Positions 1-12,627 of a stretch of DNA of 64,000 nt are shown here, piece after piece. The translations under genes and the position numbers were made by a program. This DNA comes from Okamejei kenojei (taxonomy: Eukaryota): assembly GCA_035221665.1 (NCBI GenBank), contig CM069155.1:19220001-19284000 (forward strand), in the 5' to 3' direction. Numbering within the stretch: the stretch's first letter is position 1; the number at the start of each line of letters is the position of its first letter. The notes under the pieces were generated by a model. It was not told the DNA's origin and did not search any database. It saw only the letters and a list, made by a program, of their open reading frames with translations.

Positions 1-449
1 TGCTCTGGTTACACTATTCTAGTACATACTAGAAACCTACCCCCCAGTATGTGGCTGCTGTGGAAAATCTGAAGTAGAGGATATAGATTTGATAATTCCC
101 AAGAGCGTCTTTTGGATTTTTGTTTGCTGTGGTATTAGTCAGACAGGACATGCTTAGAATTCTTCTTCTGAAGCTATGGTGGAAGCAGGGTTCATAATAG
201 CTTTTGGAGTGGAAAAGGATAAATATTTGAAAGAAAATTTGAGTGATTTTGGATATAGGGCTAAGTGGGGTAGTTCACTCAAAGTTTTCTTCTCTGCTGT
301 GAAATACTAGCAATCTCTTACTGGAATGTTAGAAATCTTTAACTGATCAGGAGGAACATTGAACACTGATGGATGAGAATGTGGTCTCTAAAGGAGGTCA
401 GATTCTATTGTTCATCTTTTTGATGATATGGTTTTTATTAACTGAATGA

Positions 450-722
450 TGCAGCATGGGATCAGGCCCTTCGGCCCACCGTCCATGCTGACCATTGATC
501 ACCCGTTCACACTAGCTCTGTTTTCCCACTTTCGCATCCGATCTCTACCTATAGAGGCCAATTAACCTACCAACCCGAACGTCTTTAGAATGTGGAAGGA
601 AACCGGAGCACCTGGAGGAAACCCGCACAGTCACAGGGAGAACGTACAAACTCCACGCAGGAGGTCAGGATTGAATCGGATCTCTGGCGCTGAGGGACAG
701 CAGCTCTCCCAGCTGTGCCAGC
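450..722 (-). mobile_element. HE1/V-SINE-type SINE
   Basis: Reverse complement of the V-domain (GGAGTTTGTACGTTCTCCCTGTG...TCCTCCAGGTGCTCCGGTTTCC) and CR1-like tail GGGCCGAAGGGCCTG; about 10 similar copies in the window. Confidence 0.85.
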
Positions 723-1022
723 TTGCTGCCCCTGTCGTATTCAGCACGGGTTTTTTTTTCTCTTACAAAGATAAAAATGTTCTTGGCCTACTACCTGGAG
801 ATTGGAGTGGCTCCAGATTCTGAGATAGTAGTTTCACCTTTGTTTCTGGAGGTGTGAAAGAGCAGGGAGATTGGCAAGCAAAGAGGTGTTGCTATTCCAA
901 GGCAATCCTTCTGAAGGCAAGGCGTTGATGAGGAATTTGAAACCCATTCACCTTTGTGTAGTTATTGCATTGTGCTTAGCTGTGCTACATGTCTATTAGT
1001 GCTGTGCTGTAGTGCACTGAAT

Positions 1023-1539
1023 CATGGGTGGAAATCGCTTTTAAAACATGGGGGGGGGGGGGGGGGGGGGGTGTTACACAATGAGGCCTGACATCTAGTA
1101 CAGAGGTCAGATCCGGCCCCTAACCCAAAATCATCCGGCCCGTAGATGGGGTTTTTTTTCAATTCGTTTTTGCGACCTGGGAACTGCAGCCAGACCCGGG
1201 GCACGCAGGCGACCTGGGCGCTACAGCTGAACTTGCCAGCCGACCTGGGCGCTACAGCCAGACCTGGGGCAGGAGAGCCGACCTGGGCGCTGCAGCCAGA
1301 CCTGCCAGCTGACCTGGGCGCTACAGCTAATCCCTGGGCACGCAGGCGACCTGGGCGCTACAGCCAAACCTGGGTAGGCGAGCCGACCTGGGAACTGCAG
1401 CTAGTCCCTGCAGCTAGGTTCTACGAGCTGGCTGACTGGCGGTTTTGCTGCAACATGTTTCCCAATGTTGAGGGAAACATCGGGCCCACCCCCCCCCCCC
1501 CCCCCCCCCCCCGGGACTTCCCCTTGATTTCCGCCCACG
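1023..1539. mobile_element. Non-autonomous hAT-type DNA transposon (GGGCGGAAATC-end family)
   Basis: TIRs CATGGGTGGAAATC / GATTTCCGCCCACG; 8-bp TSD CACTGAAT (1015-1022) / CACTGACT (1540-1547). Confidence 0.8.
1172..1402 (+). repeat. Degenerate GC-rich tandem repeat (GACCTGGGCGCTACAGC units) inside the hAT element
   Basis: Repeated CGACCTGGG(CG/AA)CT(A/G)CAGC units at irregular spacing. Confidence 0.8.
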
Positions 1540-4500
1540 CACTGACTGAAGGGGTGCGATGCCAGTCTCCTTTGGGAGTTTTCCATTCTCAACACCACCT
1601 GTTCAGAATGCAGCTGTACAGAATTCACTTCCAGTCTTTGGCAAGGAAAAGTGCTATAATCTGAGGGCATGCAATGACATCATACACAAGTGTACCCTAA
1701 CAATAAATTCAAGCCTTGTGGGATGAACTTTATTAAAAGTTATGTAGCTGGATAAAGATGATTGCAGATTTTCAGGAATGCTACAGCATAGTGCTTACTG
1801 TTGGGACACGAGCTTTAAAGTCAATGGAGAAAGCGTAAATCTTAGCTGATAAACCTGAACGTTGTGATAGTATTTCTACGTTGCTTTTTTAACATCCCCT
1901 TTTCCTGATTGGTTTCAAAAATCAAAGAAACAGCTGGCACAGCTGCTGGTGTTACGAAACACCTGCACTGAGGTTGACAAAGAAAATGTAAAAATATCTT
2001 TGGCTCTCCTTTACACCAGAACAATGGGACTCCACGCTCTGTCTTGTGTGGTTGTCTGGAGCTTTTGAGGATTAAGGGGGGGAGGGGGAGTCTTTTTTTA
2101 AATGTTCAGGGTTGCAAAGTGCAGAAAAATAGTGTAGACAAGATTATGGAAGGTGCTTTTATAGTGTTGCAGAAGGTCTTTTTTAAAGTGTGCTGCGATT
2201 TCCCTCCCATGTTGATGTATTGATGTTGAACAAAGAGGAATTAAGATTTACAGCTGTTGTTTAATTGCCCTGTGAATTTGGCAGGTCTTTGAAATATCAA
2301 CGCCCTCTTGACAATGTGCCATGAAACATGAGGTTAAAATATAAATACTTCACTGCTTTTAAATACAGGCCTGACTATTGGAAACTGCAAAATAACTACT
2401 TGGAAACAGCTACTGTAGAAGTCTCACGTAGAAATGAGCGGGTTTTATTAAGAAAGTTATAATTTTGCATTCACTTAAAAAAAACCTGTTCTCTATTTCA
2501 ATATTGAATTCATTTCAAGCTTGTTTATTGACAGTTTTAACCTGCCTCTCAATTGTCCGGCTAATTTTCAATTTTGATGCAGACTTTTGTCAGTGGCTAT
2601 CTTGAGTAGTTTCTACATTTAATAAAAAATGTTTGCTCATGTTTGAAGCACAAAGTATTTTACCAAGTTTAGTATCGGCCACAAAGATGGTAAATCAAAG
2701 GGGAATATGAAGACTAGAATCTTTTTTTCAACGTGCTTTCAGATTGAATCCTAACTGCAAATTTCAGCATGTGAAACAAATCAGTTATTTTTCCAGGCAA
2801 AATTAATTTCAAAGTGATTCCACAGATATTTAATTTAAATAGAATCACATAATTTAGACTCTGTAGAAGGAGCAGTTGCCGATAGCTGTGTGTTTTTATT
2901 TGAGTTGAGCTCTGTTGAAGGGTGTTTCCTTTCAATCGATTTCCATTTCAGGTTGCAGCTTCCTGTATGACTTTTGGAACAGCAAAGAACTGATGTTTCA
3001 ACTTCCACCTTTGCATTTAGTGTCAACGTACATCAGCATTAATTTAAGAAACAGTTCATAAAAAATGGTTAAACGCCCATTTTATTACGATTGACAATCT
3101 TGCCTGGCATTGCCTGAATCCAAACTCTGAATGTAGAAATTTCTCAACCCACTATAGTCATTATTAGTTTTGAAGGTAATGGCTTGTCCAGAGGGCTACA
3201 TCAGTATCGATTGCTCGCACTGGTCGAGGCAGAAAAACAAGAAAAGGTACATAAATACAAGCTGCAGTCTACAGCAATCAAACCACTTGTACAAGCATCC
3301 AGCATTTATACATCACTTCTCAAGATCAAAAGAGAAGACTATCCAGGCCTTCTATATAATTCAATGAAATAGAGACTGATCTCTTTCTCTAATATGTCCA
3401 ATGGCTTAAGCTTTGCATCCCTTATTACCCTGTCCTTGCAAAACTCTTTGACAATTCCAGTGTAGGTTTTGAATTGACCTAACCTGATGTGGCAAGGGAG
3501 GGGACACAATTGCAAGTTGTGCTGAAGATTTCTAATCTTTACCACTCAATATGTATTTCTTAGAAAATACTTTTATATTTATTTACACAAAGACAGTCAT
3601 GATTTTATCTTATCATTGGCCTTGCATGATGGTTCCTTCCTGCTGTAAGTGCATTCACAGCATGTTAAAAGACTGACCACAAAGACACAAATTGAATCAA
3701 CCAGCAGGATAGCATTTCACTGACTGTGATCGTTACCAGTCAGATCTGGAACAGAAGCAGACAATTCAAACCCACTTCCTTAATCCTCCTAAAGGCCTTT
3801 TGGTTAAATGAACACGCGCTGCACTGTCTGAACTGGACGATGAAATAATTAACCAAATATTCAAATAGCTCAGCGATACTGAAGAGAATTAGCTTGATCG
3901 TACTTCTGAAATATCCTGGGTTCTGTTGCTTGATCTATCTTTTGGCTTTAAGACCTGTACCTCATTAAATTGTTAATTGTTTCCATATTCAAATAACCTT
4001 TTTATTTTTCCAATGAATCCAGTAACCTGTTGCTGATCAAGTTTCTTATTAGTTCATAAATATTTAACTTGTTCTCTTTGTCCACTCATTTTGAAGACTA
4101 TATTTAAACATTTGCTAGTTATTAGCTGATTACCTATGCGTTTCGTCTTGTGTGAATGTGGTGGGCAGCCTAGAATGCAGTACTATCCTTGTCAATAAGG
4201 TGATTAACTGGATGGATATTTACCAATTAAAAATGGGATTCCACATTTGGCCTTTGTGATGTTGGTACATTTTATCGGAGTGCTACTTGATTTGCCAAAG
4301 TGGTTGAATTACTTTCCTTCTGCGTCTATTATACGGATTGCGGAACTGATATTTTCCCGTTTCTCTCTCCCCACCCCCCAAACTATTTCCAAAAGGAACT
4401 GATCTATATTGGGATCAGTTCCATAGTTAGAGCTGTCTCAAAATACCCTTCCAAAGCCTTCAGCTTGAATGTGATGAGTTCAGAGCTTTTCTTTTGAACC

Positions 4501-4904
4501 TGTTCACATTGCACTGGATGTTTGAAATGATTACATAACCAGCGTTGTACCCTTCTTGAAGATAGATCCATGCACTGACATCATGTACATATCTTGAATG
4601 GATTTATTCTCTTCGATACTTTAAGCATTTCAGAGATGTCTGTGTGCCCATTTTGTGGGTTGCATATCAAACATTAGGATGCAGCCCTTGCTTTCTGCTG
4701 AGTTTTTTTTAGAGCATTGGTTGTATTTAATAAAATATGGTACAGTTATACTATGTTAAGTTTTTGTTGTGTGATTAACAAAAAGCACAAAACTTGCAAT
4801 TTAGGTTTATAAAAGTGTAAATTGCCACGTTCAACTGCTTCAGATTTATTTCCAGCGAACTTCCTAATTCAGATAGTGATCCTGGTGCACTGCACCCACT
4901 CCAG

Positions 4905-5325
4905 TGAAATTGCATTCTTCCTGCACTGGATCAACCGCAATTGTACACAAAGGTTTGGAAGGATATGGGGAAATCTCAGTAAAGCCTACCGAATAAATAT
5001 AGACGAGAGAGAGCAGATGTCTAGAGTCTGGGACCAGAGGGCACAGCCTCCAAATAAAAGAATGCAACTTTAGAATGGAGGTGAGGAGGAATTTCTTTAG
5101 CCAGAGGGTGGTGAATCTGTGGATTTTATTGCCACAGAGGGCCATGGAGGCTAAGTTATTTGGTATTTTTAAAGTGCACATTGATAGGTTCTTCATTAAT
5201 AAGGGTGTCAAAAGTTACAGGGAGAAGGCAAGAGAATGAGATGGAGCGAAAAAGTAGATCAGCCATGGTGGAGCAGACTGGATGGGCTGAATGGCCTAAC
5301 TCTACTCGTCTGACGTGTGCTCTAA
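4905..5325 (+). mobile_element. CR1-clade (HER1-like) LINE 3' fragment
   Basis: ACCAGAGGGCACAGCCTC...AGGAATTTCTTTAGCCAGAGGGTGGTGAATCTGTGG (RT C-terminal RGHS..RNFFSQRVVNLW) and tail GATGGGCTGAATGGCCT. Confidence 0.85.
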
Positions 5326-6537
5326 ATCTCTAGTTGTGACCTAACTAATCTTTATACATTTTTACACTAACCTCCCAGATCTACTATTGTACACCCCAGT
5401 CAATGAAGGCAAGTACAACTTTTGGCATCTAACTACCTTGTCTACCTGCCTTCAAAAAGGATTAACTATATTTTTGGAATTTGGATAAAGAACTGAAACT
5501 CTATTCTTGGATAAACCTGAACTTTTTGCTTCTGTGCTTTGAAGTAGCCCAGTGTTGAGACACGTTTTACTTGGGAGGCAAGGGTTAATTTTTAATATTG
5601 AGAATTTCCCTTATGATTAGAAATGTAACCATGTCTTGACAATGAAGACCAGAACACTGGAACAGGAGTAGGCTATTTAGCTCCTCAAATTAGTTCTGAC
5701 ATATCTGATCTGTAAGTAACATACTTCCAATCCTTTTTATTTTCATTGTCATTCATTGAAACCAATTGGGATGGTCTCAACGTGAGAAGCCCTTCACATT
5801 GGAAAGGCTTTCTCTATAGCACAGCTCCAATCACCCGAGTTTACTTCTGTTCTCCTAAACTCGCCATGGCCACGTGGATTTTCCCAGCTGCTGCACTTTC
5901 CTCCTACATTGCATGGACTTGCTGGATACGTTAATTGACTGCTGGCAACTATCCCTGGGGTGGGGGAGAATTAGGGGGTGAATTGGTGGGCGTGTGAGAG
6001 AGTAGTTTGAGGGGATAGTATTGATGGGATTTGCTGAATGGCCTCCTACTGTGTTGCACAAAAGATATGAACGCTCAAACATCAAGTTTTAATTTTCTCA
6101 CACCATGGTCTAGACACATTTCCTTTAATATTTCCTAGACACATATCCTTTAATGTAAAGAAATGCTTCCTGACGTCGCATTGTCTTGGTTCCTTGATCA
6201 GGACCAGTCTGTCAGAAGAGTCATAGAACTACACAGCAGTGAAGCAGGCTGGAAGGCCCAATTCTGACCAAATTGCCTCTCTGAGATAGAAATAGTTCGC
6301 TACACTTCTGTCAACACTGAAGTGTCACGATTGCCTCACTGCATCAGCAGTTGACCTGAACCGAATATTTCTTGCACCTGAACCTAATGTTTCAGGTTGG
6401 TCTTGCCCTCATGAGCCTGTGTTACTCTTGATCTGCCCTGAATTTGACTGATTCTGCTGTGGGCTATTAAACATGCCGCCTGAGGCCCTGGTGTGATAAT
6501 CCAAGGCTTCTGTTTGGGTTGTATCTGAGGAAGAAAA

Positions 6538-6632
6538 TCTGAAGAAGGGTCTCGACCCAAAACGTCACCCGTTCCTTCTCTCCAGAGATGCTGCCTGTCC
6601 CGCTGAAATACTCCAGCTTTTTGTGTATCTTC
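6538..6632 (+). mobile_element. Penelope-like terminal repeat fragment with hammerhead-like core
   Basis: CTGAAGAAGGGTCTCGACCCAAAACGTC...GATGCTGCCTGTCCCGCTGA; possible GAAGAAAA TSD. Confidence 0.7.
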
Positions 6633-7663
6633 GAAGAAAAACCCTGACCATTTCTGTCACTGTGTGACTAGTTTCCGTGATGGTCAAACCACTAGATTCT
6701 CATTTAAAAATCCACCTGGTTCACTAAGTAGAAAATCTCCCCAAAAACTGTCATTGTCTTCAAAAGGAAATTAGATAGGCACTTGACAGAAAATCATACG
6801 TTGGGCTATGGGGAAAGAGCAGAGGAATAAGACTGACAGAAACATTCTCTTAAAAATCACCCGCGCTCCACAAATAGATTATTGAAAATGAAAAATCTCA
6901 TGACCAAAAGGCACATTTAGATGAAATTGCTGCTTTCAGAAGGTAAGTGGATCGGTTCTTGAAAGAAGAAAAGATTACAGGGCTGCAAGGTAAGTGGGTG
7001 AATGGAGGCAGCTACAATGCTCTTCCAGCAAACTGGCTTGGACCAAATCATCTCCTTCCTTGCTCTTCTTGTTTTAAATTGCCCAAAATGATATGGTTAG
7101 TTATCCTAATAATGATGCGCTATTTCCGAATTGCAGGACACAATTGTGCAGTCCTTTTAAAAAATGGTTGTGCAAAAATCATGTGGGCTATCTGCAGCCT
7201 TGATCACGGGACTGATCTTGCTGTCCTTAGCATTCTGGAAAGTCCCAGATGATCAGCACAAATACGTTTGAAATGTCCTCTTGAGTTTGCAAAAAAGTGG
7301 AAAACGACGGTGCAGCTGAATGGACACACTTTCTCTGGTTTCATACCGTGTAAACTTTTGATCTTAGCAAATTTTCTAGTTATAAAAGTAAAGCGCTCAC
7401 TGCACCAGCTAAGGTTCCATTCTTAACCACAGCATGATCTGCCTGACCTTGTTTAGCGATTGGAAAGTCCCTGTTTATAACTTGCTGTGAATGGTTTGTG
7501 ACGGTGTGCAACGGGTACCTTTTTTCAACACATTTTTTTTTTTCCATTCATACAAAAAGAAACAAGGCCCCCCAAAGAAACCATTTTATTTTGGGTTTTG
7601 CTACCTCATGGATTAGAGCCAGACCTTAGATAGAAAAACTGAATTTAGGAATTGCATATTTCA

Positions 7664-7836
7664 ATGGATATTTTTAAAGCAGAGATAGATAAATTCTTGA
7701 TTGGTACGGTGGTCAGTGGTTAGGGGGAGAAGGCAGGAGAATGGGGTTAGGAGGGAAAGATAAATCGGTCATGATTGAATGGCAGAGTAGACTTGATGGG
7801 CTGAATGGCCTAATTCTGTTCCTATCACTTATGACC
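7664..7836 (+). mobile_element. CR1-clade LINE 3' end
   Basis: ATTTTTAAAGCAGAGATAGATAAATTCTTG...GATGGGCTGAATGGCCTAATTCTG; matches 5160-5310. Confidence 0.8.
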
Positions 7837-9036
7837 TTATGCATAGCAAATATATTGGCAACTGTAAAGAGAAAAGACTGGTTATTACTTTAGATTTAAG
7901 CCTGGGATGTGTAGTACTCTTAGTGTGCTGGGCCTGAACAAATAGGCACAGGCCTAAGTTTAGTAGAAGTGACTTTAGTAGAAGAGTCAAGAGTGTTTTA
8001 TTGTCATATGTACTGAAACGGAGCAATGAAATTCGTAACTGTAGCAGCGCAACAGGTTTGTAAATATGGTTCTCAATAAATAATTTGATAAACATAAAAC
8101 AAGTCCAATAAATTAAAAAAAACAATATAGTGCAAACAGGTGTAAAGTGGATGCAGAGCAAAGTGCTCCCATATCTAACCTATGTCAATGGCACAGCCAT
8201 CACCATCTTGGGCCTAATTTCCTTTCAGGCATTTCTGGCACCTATCTGAAAGTGGTGTGGGATCTATTTAAATATGCAAAAAAAAAGGCATTTGTGTTGG
8301 TCCCTCTTTACAATGTGTGGATTAGCTGGGTGCTGTGCAAATTCCAATTAGTTTCTCCAGAACCGCAGTGGTCTTTACAGTGATTGCAGAGACTCTTGAA
8401 TAGATGGCCGGGCAAGAGTTTTGTGAAGTGAGCAGCAACAGTTTTGAGGCGACCTGCACTCAGCCTTGGGTTGCAACACATGCTGTCATTTCACGTCCCT
8501 TCTGCACAAGGACATCTCCATTCATTCATCAAATAGAACCCATTTTGCTGTTTAATCCATTGTAAGGTCACCATGTTTCCCTCTGGAGGATGTGCTGGAC
8601 ATCCCAGGTACTCTACTCCAATCAGAATTTACTGCTAGAATCTTATTTTGTGGGTGTTGGTGAACTCTCGCTGCCTTGCTCAAGAAGAGCGAGTCGAAAC
8701 ATGAGCAATGGCAAGCATTTTCATCATGGTGGACATCACACCCAATCCTGACGCCAAAGTACGCTTCCAGTAGCAGCCCCTTAAAAGCATTAAGCAATAT
8801 CAACGTTTTCTTTCTTCTGCCTTTTTTCTTTTGACTTCATAAACTTGGTCACCAAGGTCAAGTGCCCCCCACTGAGAGAAAAGGATGATGATTGGTTTCT
8901 GAGGACCCCTGCTGGAAAACACATGTGTGCAGTTTTGGGGCAAGGACATTCCTTCGGTAGCCTGCGGTAGTCTCCTGCCTTTATCCCAGTGTCTGAGTAG
9001 CCGTGTGCAAACGGCCCTTTGTGTGAGATTTGTTAG

Positions 9037-9192
9037 TTTAGTTTAGAAGTGTGGAAACAGGCCCTTCGGCTCACCGAGTCTGACCAACGATCCCCGTACA
9101 CTAGCGCAATCCTACACACTAGGGACAATTTACAATTTGTTTTTAAATTAAAAAAAAAAGTCAATTAACCTACAAACATGTATGACTTTGGC
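9037..9192 (-). mobile_element. HE1/V-SINE 3' fragment
   Basis: GGAAACAGGCCCTTCGGC...AGGGACAATTTACAAT...AATTAACCTACAAAC. Confidence 0.75.
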
Positions 9193-9730
9193 AGCATCTC
9201 TACCTCCTCTGTGCCAAAATCCTGGAAAGTAATCAGACAATGAAAAGAGAAAACTTGGTCATTGGATGGAGGTGAAATGGGTGTATATGGTTTAAAATGA
9301 AACAATAAAAGAATCAACATATTAAAAAAATATTCTCTGTTTATTTCAACAATAGAAGTGTAGCTGACCACATTTTATTTGGAAATAAGTCAGTTATGAA
9401 GACTTGGCTCATGAAAATCATTCTGGTGCCTTCACCCTGAATGTCAGCACCACTTGACAATAATACATAAACTGAACATTGCGATGGAAAACTAATAATC
9501 TGTGGCCCGCTGAGGGTCTTTGTATGTCAAACAACACCAGGCACAAGAAGGAATGAGGCCTGGCTTGTGATTTTGAAATGTCTTCACTTTGACTGTATTT
9601 TGAATTACTCAAACCCATTGAAGATATGAGACAGTGAGTACAACCCCTTCTCCACTTGGTCCCATCACTAACACCCCCCACCCCACCAAATCACCTATCA
9701 CCTACCAGTCTCTGCCCCATCCCCCCCCAT

Positions 9731-10625
9731 CAGGCACGTGCCGTGAGTAATTACTCAGGGTAGGCACTCAGTCCGCTAAAAAAAAAAATTCAAACCGCGC
9801 ATGCGCAGATTGTCCGCTCCGTTAAATAAATAAATAAATAAAAACAGTGACATTTCAATTTGCCCAAGGCTTCCTAGTCCTAGACCAATTGGGGGAACAG
9901 TTCCTTTCACAGCGTGTGGAGAGTCTGTGTCAGGGGTAAAGTTGTGGGGAGGGCACGAGTGTTGAGAAGGAGGGTGTCGGGGATAATGCCAGAAACTTAC
10001 TCACTCACCGCTGCCGCAGCTCTCCGGGCACGAAGCCCCCGCACAGTAGCTGGGGATAGAAGCAGCTCGGGTAGCTACGAGCGGCCGCCGGTACCCGACA
10101 GCAGAACTGGCCGCCACTTCAGCGCCTTCTGCCGGCCCGCTCACCTCTGGCAGTGCTCTCCGTCGGAACACCTGTCACCTGCCGTTCGCCGACTTCGCTC
10201 ATGTCAGCGGCTTCCTGTAAATCCTTAAATTCCCACAGCCGAGTAACCTCAATCGCGCTGTCGGAATTTAAGGACATGAGTGAGGCCAGCGAGCGGCAGG
10301 AGAGTGGTTTGTAGACGGAGAGCTGCCAGAGGTGAGCGGGGACCGGCAGAAGGAGCTAAGGTGGCGGCTGGTTCCGATGTCCGGCCCGGCGGCCGCTCAG
10401 CCACTCGAGCTGCATCTCTCCCCCCCCCCCCCCCCCCCCCCCCCCCGGCCTCAATGTGGTGGCATTCCACGCCTCCGTGCAAGGAGCGTCGCAAGTGGCA
10501 TTATCCCAATCCCCTCATTCATAACATTCGTGCCCTCCCCCGCAACCTTATCCCGGGCCAGACTCCCCAAACACTGCGAAAGCAGCTCTCCCCCCCCCCC
10601 CCCCCCCCCCCCCACCCCGGGAAAT
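9731..10625. mobile_element. CpG-rich insertion, probably a non-autonomous DNA transposon
   Basis: Abrupt GC/CpG-rich block starting CAGGCACGTGCCG with poly-C tracts like the other MITEs; no matching right TIR or TSD found. Confidence 0.4.
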
Positions 10626-10694
10626 ACAGAATTTAAAAACATAAACACAAAATGTACTTACCACATTATTGGTACACAAGCTCCATTCTTCTCT

Positions 10695-10890
10695 TTTACA
10701 ATTAGCAATACACAACTCACTAAGACTCTTTAGACAGCACCTTCCAAACCCACAACTCTGCCAGCTAGAAAGACGAGGGCAACAAAAGCATAGGAATACC
10801 AGCAACTTGGTCACGCATCACCCTGACTTGGAAATATAGTGTTGTTCATTCACGGTCACTAGATCAAGCATCCTGGAACACTCTCCCCAA
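10695..10890 (+). mobile_element. Old CR1/L2-type LINE 3' fragment
   Basis: GACAGCACCTTCCAAACCC...CCTGACTTGGAAATATA...ATCCTGGAAC, recalled elasmobranch LINE 3' region. Confidence 0.5.
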
Positions 10891-10894
10891 TCAT

Positions 10895-11250
10895 CATAAG
10901 ATCATAAGTGAGAGGAGTAGAATCAGGCCATTTTGTCCATCAAGTCTACTCCACCATTCAATCATGGCTGATCTATCTCTCCCTCCTAACCCCATTCTCC
11001 TGCCTTCTTCCCATAACCTCTGATACCTGTTCTAATCAGGAATCTATCTGTTTCTGCCTTAAATATATCCACTGACTTTGCCTCCACAGCCTACTGTGGC
11101 AAATAATTCCACAGATTCACCACCCTCTGACTCGAGAAATCCTTCCTAAAAGTATGTCCTTTAATTCTGAGGCTATGTGGAAACATCCTCTCCACATCCA
11201 TTCTATCCAAGCCTTTCACTATTCTGTACATTTCGACGAGGTCCCCCCAT
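10895..11250 (-). mobile_element. CR1-clade LINE 3' fragment
   Basis: AATTCCACAGATTCACCACCCTCTG and reverse complement of the 7664-7836 tail. Confidence 0.85.
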
Positions 11251-11280
11251 TTGTCTACACCATAGTGTGTATTCTCACAC

Positions 11281-11736
11281 TAGACTGGAATACGCGGAGG
11301 AGACCACCATTTGGCGGTCCAACGGGTAGGAAGGTGGACCCAGCAAAGCGCCATGGAGCGCAATGTTCACGTAGAACACTAGTGGCCATCCACTGCATCC
11401 TGACCTATCGCCAGCCGTCTTAACTATATCTTGCCACTGGATCCTGATAGGCCGTGCCGAGAGAGTGAGGCTGACGATTTGCGCAACTCTCCCTCACTTT
11501 AATCCAAGTCAAGCGCAAGTCATGACTTCAGGACCTGTAACGCCAACTGGGTGAAGCAAGATCACCACAGCTGAGAGGAAACTTCAACTTCAACTTCTAC
11601 TGCAGCACCCACCCAACTGTGTCCCGTATGCGGGCGAGCCTTCCGGGCCTGGATCGGTCTCACCAGTCACCTCCGGACCCACAAACAAAAACACTGAGGA
11701 CAAGGTCTTCTTCGACTACAAAGGACGAGCAACAAC
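11281..11736 (+). mobile_element. Internally deleted RTE-clade retroposon (RTE-SINE-like)
   Basis: Perfect 10-bp TSD ATTCTCACAC (11271-11280, 11737-11746); 3' part encodes CPVCGRAFRAWIGLTSHLRTH (RTE C-terminal C2H2 motif), then GGTCTTCTTCGACTACAAAGGACGAGC(AAC)n tail. Confidence 0.8.
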
Positions 11737-12084
11737 ATTCTCACACGTCAGCACTGCAAATAATTTAAAAAAAAGTGCACTGACAGGTAGTGACAGCTTT
11801 TATGAAATCTAGTTTCAGTGTTTTCACTGACAGTTGAACTGCAGCAGCAGTGGTGTGATTTATGACTCTGCAGCTTACTTGTTAAAACCAACTGTGTGTA
11901 ATTAGTTTCATTCTTCCCCACCATCAGTGATTTTTGTTCGAGCCTATCGCCTGTACTGTCTGAGTTTTAATTGCCTTTTTGTTACTTTGTCTGTTTTCGC
12001 TATCTCTGCATCCTTCATTCCTTGAAAGAGTGAACAGGTGATCTGTTGCTGGTCGCCTGCGTTGCCTTACTATCCACTATATGG

Positions 12085-12455
12085 AATATAGAACAGCTGA
12101 GGAACATGCTGTTTGGCCCACGATGTTTGTGTCGAACATGATGCCAAATTAAATGAATCACCTCTGCCTCCATCTGATCCATATCGCTCCATTCCCTGCA
12201 TATCCATTTATCTATCCAAAAGCCTCTTAAATGCCATTATCATCTTTTCCTATTCCACTTTCCCCGGTTCCAGGCACCTACCACTGTGTGTAAATAAAAA
12301 CATGTCCTGCCCAATTCCTTTAAACTTTGCTCATCTCACCTTAAAGCTGTGCCCTCTAATATTTGACATTAGCAACCTGGGGAAAATGTTCTGACTGTCT
12401 ACTCCGTCTATGCCTCTTAACTTCATATATCTCTATCAGGCCTCCCCTGCTGCAA
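12085..12455 (-). mobile_element. CR1-clade LINE 3' fragment
   Basis: AAAAGCCTCTTAAATGCC...CCTTTAAACTTTGCTCATCTCACCTTAAAGCT; homologous to 55300-55660. Confidence 0.75.
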
Positions 12456-12514
12456 TATGATTCCCTGACTGCTACACACAATGCTCGGACGAAGGCAAGC
12501 ACACCATAGGTCTT

Positions 12515-12627
12515 AAAGAAGGAACTGCAGATGCTGGAGAATCGAGGGTACACCCGAAACGTCGCCTATCTCCTTCGCTCCTTAGATGCTGCTGCACCCG
12601 CTGAGTTTCTCCAGCTTTTTGTGTACC
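12515..12627. mobile_element. Short Penelope-derived insertion with inverted architecture
   Basis: Perfect 15-bp TSD CACACCATAGGTCTT (12500-12514, 12628-12642); CCCGAAACGTC core. Confidence 0.8.

Noticed and set aside
1146-1664. 172-aa ORF
   Set aside because: Lies in the tandem repeat and poly-C of a MITE
2880-3500. Possible decayed transposase on the minus strand
   Set aside because: Only vague similarity; no diagnostic motif could be read
11360-11385. TTCACGT in the RTE derivative as a second HDV-like ribozyme
   Set aside because: No flanking P3, P1 or P2 pairing found; it sits in a simple TGTTC/GAACA hairpin
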